A DNA stretch of 61,749 nt from Vermamoeba vermiformis (lineage: Eukaryota). Below, piece after piece: positions 1-9,273 of this stretch. A program made the translations under genes and the position numbers. The notes under the pieces were generated by a model. The model did not search any database. It saw only the letters and a list, made by a program, of their open reading frames with translations, and was not told the origin of the DNA. The first letter of the stretch is position 1. Each line of letters begins with the position of its first letter. The DNA lies in contig JBEWZL010000237.1 of the NCBI GenBank assembly GCA_045837725.1, positions 124,001 through 185,749 of the forward strand, given 5' to 3'.

Positions 1-245
1 GAGTCCCTCGTGTACGTGTATATTGAGCGATGTAAATAGGAGATTAAGCGACTATTTATATACTAGTTGAGTAATATGGGGCATAAACAGGTGTTAAATT
101 ACAAGGGCAGAGCTCTTCATGGGCGCGCAAGAGACAGGGTGATACTCGGGGTGATATTGTAGGCAGTGTATGTATAGGCAGGGTGGGGAGTATATAGGCA
201 GGGAGTATATAGAGGGAGTATTATATTAGGCAGTGGTGGGGGGGC

Positions 246-762
246 TCATTCGTGCTGTTCGAGCTGGCCCTCAGCGGGTTGTTTGGCACTGCCAGCCTTG
301 GGCGCGCCTTTCTTCAAGTTCTTGGCCCAGTCTGCCGAATCAAACTTCTTTTGCTGTTCAATAGTAACCAGAGTGTTAGTACGACTGCTCTGTGGTCTTG
401 GAGGGGCGCAGTTGGCATCAGATTGCAACTACGCGCACCAGAGATTTTTTGAGCGATATCTTACCTTTTTGCCGCCTAACAGATTGGGTTTGGGCAGACG
501 ACCATACTTTTCAAAATATTTTCGGTCTTCTTCGGAAAGATTCGAGGGTATTTGCTGCAAAATAATATTTGTGTTATTATTATTATATGGATAATTGAAA
601 TTAATTGAACGCGGTATTAATATCACATATTATAACATAGAGATAATAATATTGAGGAAATACGCAGGAATGGAAATAAAATTTAATTAAATTAGATTTT
701 AGATTTGAGTCGTTTGGCAGGGTAGCGTATCATGCAATAAGTACCTGACTTTCAGTAGCCAT
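246..762 (-). CDS. Endosulfine / ARPP-19 (Igo1-like) PP2A-B55 inhibitor, 3 exons
   Basis: Exons 762-745, 554-465 and 353-246 splice to MATESQ-QIPSNLSEEDRKYFEKYGRLPKPNLLGGKK-QKKFDSADWAKNLKK. KYGxL and FDSADW (Greatwall phosphosite motif) are family signatures. Confidence 0.85.
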
Positions 763-919
763 TGTGTTGTAATAATACAAGAGATGTGGTGGATTGATTG
801 TTTGAATAGCTCAAATTGATGTGCATTAAATTTGCGTTAATTTTCCCACCAAACACGTGACTGCTACAGCGAGGGCCAGAGGTATGTATGACAATATGTA
901 TTTATGTACAATAGGGTGG

Positions 920-2093
920 TTACACTATGCGCACACGACGCGCGAAGGTCAAGTAGCCAGTGTGGCCGCGCATTTCAGGGAAGGGACGCGTCGTAATGAG
1001 GGATGTGGATGCAGCGCTCGGCGCATCATTAGTACTCGCAGTGCCAGTGTCTGAACTCTGCTCGCGCTTGCGTTTGTGACCGCGCTTGTTGTCTGCAGCA
1101 CTCGTCTTGACCTCGTAGTCGCGGAACAAACACTCCACGGTGCACACGTCCTCGAAGCGCGCCGTCATCAGTGCCGCACTCGTCTTCTGCACCTGTTCAA
1201 TGCAGGGACTGAAGGACACTACGCGCCCATTCACCTTCAGACTCCGCTGCACACTCTCGATCACCAGCCACGGGGAGGGCAGATCTAAGAACGCGGCGTC
1301 AGCGAGCACTGCAGTCACGTGCTCAGTGCTGCCGTTCACTGCACGGTGTTGCGTGTCCAGGGCTGTGCGCAGTGCAGTGCCATCAGTGACAGCCGTGTTG
1401 CCCTCGCTCGCTGTCTCCGCGCTGTTCAGCTGCACTGTGAAGCCACGTGCCACCACATCGCCGTGCACCACGTGGATGTGTCCCGTGTAGTCCAGTCCAC
1501 CGCGCGCCAGTCGCTTGAGTTGTTCCGTGATGTTGTGCGCTCGTTCGCGGTGGTACTCGAAGGTGACCACGTGACCAGTGGGCGCGACAGCACGTGACAG
1601 CGAGACAGTGAGCGAGCCCGAGCCCGTGCCACTCTCCAGCACCCAGTGACCGGGCCGCAGATCCAAGCCTGCCGTGACAATGGTGGCAATGTCGTGCGCG
1701 TAGAGAATTTCAGTGCGATGAGGACAGGCTTGCGTCCAGAGAGCGGCTGTTAGCGGCAACAACACGATCCAGCCTGACTTGCGATCTGCGCTGTAGAGCT
1801 GAAAATAGAGGATTAATTTACTATTGGCAGAGATCATGTTATTGATACTATTGTAGTAATTATAAACAATTTTGGTAATTTTAATAGAATTAAATTCGAA
1901 ATGCGTTGTCGTGAGTTACCTTCGATCCATATTCCAAACCAATCAACGAATCATGTTTAAAATTTCCGAATTTAGAATTCAAATATTGACCGGGAGTAAT
2001 CAATACGAGTTGCAGATTGTCTCGACTAATGTACGCGCAGACCACTTCACCTGCTTTGATGAGGTGCTTGCGCTTCAACACCACGCTACTCAT
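920..2093 (-). CDS. TRM61: tRNA (adenine58-N1)-methyltransferase catalytic subunit, 2 exons
   Basis: Exons 2093-1920 and 1798-920. Motifs PHRTEILY, VLESGTGSGSL, FLDLPSPW, SFSPCIEQV and GHTGYLTFAR. Confidence 0.93.
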
Positions 2094-2902
2094 TGCTGTG
2101 TGTTCGGCTGTGCGGTGCTGGTGAGTAACTGCAGCGCGGTCAGCACGGCCCCTGATGACGCGCACGACACGACATCGACACTCGGTCGGGGCACAGCGCC
2201 GTACAGCACCGACATGAACGCTGCCACCATCGTGTGCTGCACGTGCGCGGTGTCAGCAGTCACGCCACAGTCGCGCAGTGAGGTCAGCTCAACCCCGTGC
2301 AGACCACAGGGTCGGATGGGCTCCACGTACCGCCACTCGGGTGCGATGTTGAGTGCCAGGCCATGCATGGTCACGTGCCGCGAGACACTGATGCCCACAC
2401 TGCCCAGCTTGTGCGTCGCATCGGTCCACACGCCGCGCTTGGTCGGAACACTGCGCAAACACGTCAGTACTCAGTCTGGCCACATCCAACAGTCACGCAA
2501 CAACACTCACCCGCCATAAGCGCGCACTCCGTAGTGTGCGGCAGTGCGTATCATCACTGCTTCTAATCGCTCCACGTAGCCCTTCACGGTGCAGTGCAAG
2601 TGTCGCAGGTCAGTCACGTGATAGGCGCAGAGCACACCAGGGCCGTGATAAGTGACGTCACCACCGCGCTCCGTGGCCTGCACCGAGGCATGGAGCTCGG
2701 ATTCGATGCGTGACACTGGCCACAGCAGATTCGCGGGGTTCTGATGCCGTCCTAGCGTATATACAGGATCGTGCTCGACCAGCAACAAGCAGTCAGGTAC
2801 TTGGCCTGCTTGCCGTGCAGCGCGCAGTTGTTGTTGCAGGGAGAAGATCTGCTTGTAGGGTGATCGGGGCAGAAGGAATACGCGCAGTAATGTGCTCGTC
2901 AT
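2090..2902 (-). CDS. lipB: Lipoyl(octanoyl) transferase LipB/LIPT2, 2 exons
   Basis: Motifs LLVEHDPVYTLGR, TERGGDVTYHGPG, KLGSVGI, TMHGLALN and IRPCGL. Intron 2510-2451 keeps the frame. Confidence 0.93.
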
Positions 2903-3105
2903 GATTGTGGGGAATTGCTCTTGTAGACGGTGTTATTAATTGCTATGAGTTGGTTATTAATAATACCCGAGTTTCAGAAAAGAGTGCTAATTGCGCAGCT
3001 GCACGTGACTAAGCTGAGTTCAGTCGCGACGGGGCAAGGAATGAAGTGGTCACTTAACATCATATTTAAAGCTCCATTTATTGCGCGCAATCATGTTGCT
3101 ACACT

Positions 3106-3306
3106 CTAGCTTTGTTCTTTCTTGCGTTCTTCAGCTCTCTTGCCTGTCGTGAGATCGTTGCCAAAGTCATCAATCTCGTGCGCTATGACACCTCCGTTCA
3201 ATACAGTGTCCGGGCGGCCTTTGGATCTGTTAGACGGACTGAGTTTCATCACTGTGCCGTCACGCATCTGCGTATCAGAGCGGGTTCCGTCGACGTTTGA
3301 GTTCAT
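3106..3306 (-). CDS. Putative 66-aa small protein of unknown function
   Basis: ATG sits in the caacATG context seen at other starts here. Composition looks coding, and AATAAA lies ~25 nt after the stop. No recognisable family. Confidence 0.4.
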   Translation of the reverse strand: MNSNVDGTRSDTQMRDGTVMKLSPSNRSKGRPDTVLNGGVIAHEIDDFGNDLTTGKRAEERKKEQS

Positions 3307-3492
3307 GTTGTATGCTTGGTGATTAAACAATACAATAGCGTTGCAGTTAAATATGTAAACGGTACATGATGTCGCACAAGGGCAATTCACATCTAGCTGA
3401 GAATTCACCAAAATTCTTTGATTTTATGTGGTGCGGCAATAACAACTTTAACTACACTGAATATCTCTATGCTTGCAAATGTACTGATTCTC

Positions 3493-5033
3493 TCAGCGAT
3501 CAGTATTGTTGTTGCGCACTAGACTGCTCATGTAATACTCGCCAGCTTTGTAACTCGAACGCACCATTGGACCACTCGCGCAGTACTGTAGGGAGGTTAG
3601 TGGGCATATATATCGCCAACAGACGAGTATATGTTACCTTGAATCCCATTTGCAACGCGCTCTCTTTGAGCTCCGCGAACACATCTGGATGCACGAACTG
3701 CTCGACTTTGAGGTGTCGTTTGGTAGGCTGCAAGTACTGTCCTAGTGTCACTGCATCCACACCCGCTGCACGCAAGTCGCGGAAGGTCTGCAGCACCTGT
3801 TCGCGCGTCTCACCGAGGCCCAACATGAGCGAGGACTTGGTGACGAGATCTGGTCGCACGTGCTTGGCGTGTTCGAGCACCTGCAGCGACTGTCGATACC
3901 CTGCTCGATAGTCGCGCACCCACCGCTGCAAACTGGCACGTGTCAGTCAGTGAATGATAACCAAATTAGGCAATAACGTACCTCTCCACGGTCTCGAGAT
4001 TGTGCGCGTAGACATCGAGTCCTGAGCGTGCCATCACCTCCACCCACTGCAACTCACCCTGTGACACGTGTCAATCACTCGCCTGCACCGTGATTGGTCG
4101 TACCTTGAAATCTCCCGTGAGACACTCCACTAACATCTCGGGCTTGAGAGCTTTGATGCGCTGTACCGTGGTGGCAAAGTGACGCGCGCCACTGTCCGGC
4201 AATTCATCGCGGTCAACGCTGGTCAACACCACGTAGTCCACGCCCCACGTGGTCACTGCGCGCGCTGTTCGCTCGGGCTCTTCGGGGTCCAGTGGCGGGG
4301 GAGTGCGACTGGTCTGCGCAGGGTCAGTGCTATTTTTAGAACTGCATCACGTGATTGCGTTAAGATCACGTGCTCGTTACCTTGACCGCGCAGAATCGAC
4401 AGCCCCTGGTGCACGTGTCGCCCATCAACATCACCGTGGCGGTGCTCTGTGTGCCACCCCAGCACTCACCTCGATCGATCGGTCAGCTGCAATGCACGCA
4501 CAATCGAGCACTTACCTATATTTGGACATTTGGCCTCCTCGCACACCGTGTTCAGCTGTCGGGGGTGAGTACAATTGCTGGTGATTGCCTAATTTGGTAA
4601 CTTGATTACTGACCTCCAAGCCGCGCAGCTGCGATTTCATTCTTTGAAATTCCGCCCCGCTGGGAATCTGTGACTTGATCCAGGGCGGCAATCTTGCCTT
4701 TTTTGGTTGGGGAGTCACGTGATTGATTGGCCCTGGTTGAAGCGGCGGATCCACCTTGTTCTTGGTTCTGCGAATGTGTTATTTAAAGTTTGATCGTAGA
4801 CTATGCATTGCGTCATGTATTATCAAGTTGCTTCGGCTTACTCGGAGATATAATCATTCAGTTGCGGATCTTGCTGTTGCAATTTCTCGCGGAATGCATT
4901 TATATTCAATTTAGTTGTATAGGATCGCTTTTCATTGCGTGTAATTATTTTTCTTGTAATCTTGATGTCGTTAGTTCAATTTCAATGCAACTTTTGGTCA
5001 ACTTACGCGTTGGATTCGCGTCAAATTAATCAT
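3493..5033 (-). CDS. lipA: Mitochondrial lipoyl synthase (radical SAM), multi-exon
   Basis: Motifs [36 protein letters not shown] (CX3CX2C), [38 protein letters not shown] and [14 protein letters not shown]. Arg-rich N-terminal transit-like peptide from ATG 5033. Confidence 0.95.
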
Positions 5034-5185
5034 CGTAGCTTGGACTGACGTGCTTCACGCACGTTATATAAGCAACGTCAGATGTGGTTACTCACTGAGA
5101 AATGTGACTGCGAATGAGCTCGCTCTATATTTGGAGAGTGAAGTCACTTGAAATTTCCGAAAACTCTCGGAATTTGAGTTCAGCG

Positions 5186-6910
5186 TTTTTGTTTTTTACA
5201 AACCTTAGCGACAATGCAGATTAGTAACTGCAATTATGCCCAAAGGCAATTATTGGTAGTAAAGAGGGCGAGTTAGTGATTGAAATAGGAGTCCCGTACA
5301 GACCATTGTTTGAACTTAAGTATCTCTCTGAGGGCAAGTCCGTTGTTGAGTGGAAGAGACCTTTTGTAAAAATAATGGCTGTGGCATGCATTCTACCCTG
5401 CAAAGCATACTTACAAAAATGGCCATTCCAGGTGTAGTATTATAGACATGCCTTATCCAGACCGGATCCCCATCCTGGACTGAATGGGAAGGCTCAAAAG
5501 AACTGCCCAACCCTTAAGAAAGAGACATTGAATCCACCAGGGAGTCCGGTTGCTTTCCTGGACAATTTGATCCTGCAGCACAGATGATGGCGCAGCGGCT
5601 TTACCCTGCTTGGCAGGTTCTACAGTACAGCTGCCAAAGGAGGATGCAGCCTGGTTGGTCTGGCGGACGTCCTGTCCGTGGACATTGCGTCTGTCAGGGG
5701 TGCTGCGTCCGCTGAATTTAGTAATTGACCAACATATACCAAACTTTGCCATAAGCACCAGCGGACCCAAGAAAGACTACTATTGGCATCAGGAGGCTTT
5801 GGGCTAGCCGCTGGAGACTGAAAATGTCATTGTTCTGCAAAGAACTTAAGTACTAGAGCTTTGTTCTATATGCTGCAAAACCATTTAAACTTTGGAAATA
5901 CATAGTACTATCACTATATAATAGGAAGATATGAGTAATCGTCAAAGATATTGTAGTGACAGCACTTTGTAATTTTTCAGCTTAAGTATGAACCCATCCA
6001 TCAGCACATGTTTGGTACTACACAACTAGTAGTATTTTATGCAGGTGAAAATGGGTAGGCAGCTGTGCAGAACTCTTGTCTGCCAGAAAGTTTCGGCTAG
6101 CCAGAGGCAGGTAGTGGAAACTTGGGTTGGCAACCATGCAGAAGTCCCAGGTTCAATGGTTACTTAGTGCATAATGGTTACCCAACCAAAAAGTTCTTTG
6201 CAAACCCCCATATACTATCCAAAAGTTTTTACTTGTCTGGGACATGAGACTTGTCCAGGCTGGATAACTTAGCCGGGCTGGACATCTCACCTTGGCTGGC
6301 TATGTCATCCATGCTGGATTGGCCATCCTCCAATTGCATGCTGCCTCTGTTTGGTTTTTCACAGAGGATTGCTCAGCACCATCAAAGCAAAAAGAAGTCT
6401 GGCATAGCATTATTGCGTTAGAGCTACCTGAGAGAGTCTGGGAGGTCAATGTTCTAGCAGAACTTGCTGTTGTGTGTGCCTGGGAACGTTGGCTTGGGAG
6501 GTCTGGATCCAAATTGGAACCTTCTTTTTAGGAGTTGGATCCTGAGGTTTTGAGGCAGGACTTTTTCATGCCTTAGTTTGACAGTGGTGTGTTATTTATT
6601 CAAGCTTGCAGCCTATTATCAATGCTTTGATGTTTTTTCCCCATTATTTTCTCCCATTCGAAGTAGCTAGCACTAGTTGACTCTTGGCTTGCTGTATGAA
6701 CTGGTTCAGAGGCATCAAGACTTTCTCCTTGTGGTGTTCAATGGCAGTAACACATGCTACCATTAAACATTAATGATGTTAAGTGAGACGTACTTAGTTT
6801 TGGCTCTGCCGATGGGCAACAGAGCTGACAGTTCAGCCCTCTGCAACTATCGTTGATGTGGTTGCAAAAGGCCTCTTATGCGAATGAGTCCCATACCTAG
6901 CAAGTATACA
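5186..6910 (-). other. CpG-depleted, hairpin-rich segment with no convincing ORF (candidate structured ncRNA or RNA-derived element)
   Basis: Only 6 CpG in 5821-6780. At least seven stems with minus-strand G-U pairs. An A-rich run lies at the minus-strand 3' end (5186-5197). Confidence 0.5.
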
Positions 6911-6933
6911 AGAGTCTTTATTACACAGAGTGG

Positions 6934-7580
6934 TTACAAGAAAGGATTCTCTTCGAGTTCAGCCGCGCCTTCTGTGGGATAGACTGCCATCACACCGCCA
7001 CCACGGCACACGACGAGACCAAGTGTCCGCGTGTCACCTGTCAATTTGTACGAGTCCTCGGGGTCTAAAAATACAATATTCAGTCACGTGTTTGTTGAGG
7101 TCTCAAGCGCTAGCAGAATATATGCACTGCACGCACTTACCGCGCAAATATTCAATTGTTTCGTCGAGCACCAAGTTGACCAGGGTGTCGTATCCACGCA
7201 ACACACCTTTGACTGTGTACCGCATTAGTACTGCATTGATCGTCGTGCACGATGTTATTATTATTAACGGTAATATTATGCATGAGATCGATGAGTTATA
7301 AGCGCAAGAAAATGCGAATTAAAATAATGAAAATATTTTTCAATAATTATTCTGCGCCTAGTGTTGGATAATAATGTCCTATATGTACTGCCAGCAGCAT
7401 GAAATAAATTAAATAATTGCTAATAATGCGTGCGTACCTTCACGACCGCCAATAAACTTGACCACGATCTCTTTGTTCATATACGCGGTGAAGTCCAATA
7501 TATTCTCTTTCTTAGCCTGCAAATAACAACGGTGTTATATTAATTGTCGCAGTATTATTCTTCCAGAAGTTTCCTACCAT
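6934..7580 (-). CDS. LSM7: U6 snRNA-associated Sm-like protein LSm7, 4 exons (first coding exon is ATG only)
   Basis: Splices to M-AKKENILDFTAYMNKEIVVKFIGGREVKGVLRGYDTLVNLVLDETIEYLRDPEDSYKLTGDTRTLGLVVCRG...ENPFL*. Confidence 0.93.
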
Positions 7581-7711
7581 GGCTTGCGTGTGTTGCAGAT
7601 CTGATCCAGAATAAATAATTGCTGCAAGTGAAGACCACAACTCATCACGCGTGGTCATATACAATCATATACGAATCAGAGGTGTCATATAGCGCAGCAG
7701 TATAATCAACA

Positions 7712-8433
7712 ATGTCAACAGAAGCGAGACGAAGACTGATTCGCGATCTCAAAAAATTGAAAACAGATCCACCCCACGGCGTGAGTGCAGCGCCCTCAGC
7801 GGACAATATATTCTCGTGGCAGGCTATTATATTCGGGTACGTCGCGCGTGGGGGATTGAGTCACATCTGCGAGACTAACCAATTAATTGTTTCAGTCCTG
7901 AAGGCACAGAGTGGGAAGGAGGTAGTTCATATATACACTAGCACGATATATATATTGTTGCACGGCCTATTAATGCTGGTGCACTGATTGCATTCTGGAT
8001 CAGATCGCACTTCCGATCAAAAAAACAATTCGTCCCCCAGAGCTGATACTGATGCTGTGATATACAGGTACCTTCAGACTGTCGATGGAGTTCACCGAGG
8101 AGTACCCCAACAAGCCCCCCACCGTCAAGTTCATGTCGCGCATCTTCCATCCCAATGGTAACTCGATCGCGATCGACTTGACCTTCACTTCCACTAATCA
8201 TGCTATTCATAGTGTACGCAGATGGCAGCATATGCCTCGATATATTGCAGAACAACTGGTCCTCGATCTACGACGTAGGCGCAGTGCTGACCTCGTTGCA
8301 ATCGCTGCTCTCAGATCCGAATCCAAACTCGCCTGCCAATGTTGAAGCAGCGCGCTTGTTTCAAGAGAATAAGGCCGAATATTATAAGCGCGTGGCTGAT
8401 GTTGTAGAGAAGAGTTGGGAGTTTGTTGAATAA
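7712..8433 (+). CDS. RAD6: Ubiquitin-conjugating enzyme E2, Rad6/UBC2, 4 exons
   Basis: Motifs [48 protein letters not shown] and DPNPNSPAN. Confidence 0.95.
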
Positions 8434-8668
8434 TGTTTGAGCCACATCCGCTCTGTTGTTAATAGTCAGCTGTATTAAAGTAAACTAAGCCAGTGTATTG
8501 TACATAATGTGCTCTGTCCAGACCTTCATATGAATGCCTGCTGCACGAGCACACAGCGACTAGTTCAAAGCTGAATTAGGGCCTGTCAGTGTCATTCTCA
8601 GATCTGCGACGCAACACCACAAGTCAATTAGCGCTGAATTAATTAAATAATACGTATTATGATTAATA

Positions 8669-9188
8669 ATGACTGAGAATTTGAAGCTACAGCCCAAGAA
8701 AGGAATATTGAAGAATAAAGGCACCAAGTACGTGTGCGGCTAATTTATTTGTCGGATGTGGTTTTATTATTTCAATTTGCGTTAATACTGCTGCAATATG
8801 CGTAACACGTATTAATCTCACGCCCGTCCACCAGATCCTCAGGCGCTGTGATGTTCGACGAAGCGAATCTGAATGCAGATCCGGAGCGCGGTACACGACA
8901 GAAGATCGACGAGCCCAAGACGCCCTATCACCACAGCAGCTGCAGCCACGACAGCGCGAGTGTGGAGAGCGAGGACGAGGACGAGGGCGAGGTGCCGATC
9001 AGCTTGCACGACCTCACTGCGCGCATTGAACTGCACCAGCAGCAGACAGGTAATTGCCTAATTTGGCAATGTGCTCGTACTGACACGTGACAGAGCACCG
9101 CGAGCAGTTCGAAGCCAAACGAAAGGCGCACTACAATGAGTTCCACGCGGCGAAGAATTTGCTTGCCAAAAAAGGAAATCTGAGGTGA
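8669..9188 (+). CDS. Protein phosphatase 1 inhibitor-2 (IPP-2/Glc8 family), 3 exons
   Basis: KGILK (SILK-type motif), FDEANL, KIDEPKTPY and FEAKRKAHYNE occur in the expected order. Confidence 0.88.
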
Positions 9189-9273
9189 GGATGAATCCGA
9201 TTCTGAATGAAATTATCAATTTTATTAACAAACTGTACAGTAAATCACGTGATTTTTTAAGGACGCAGTGGCA

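Noticed and set aside
6095-6170. GGTTCAAT resembling a tRNA T-loop / B-box (tRNA or SINE head)
   Set aside because: There is no cloverleaf and no complete B-box. The sequence sits in the loop of a larger hairpin.
9165-9210. Acidic tail GEDESDSE* out of frame after the IPP-2 stop, suggesting frameshifting
   Set aside because: It lies next to an A-run, so it is more simply an assembly indel or chance. All functional motifs are upstream.
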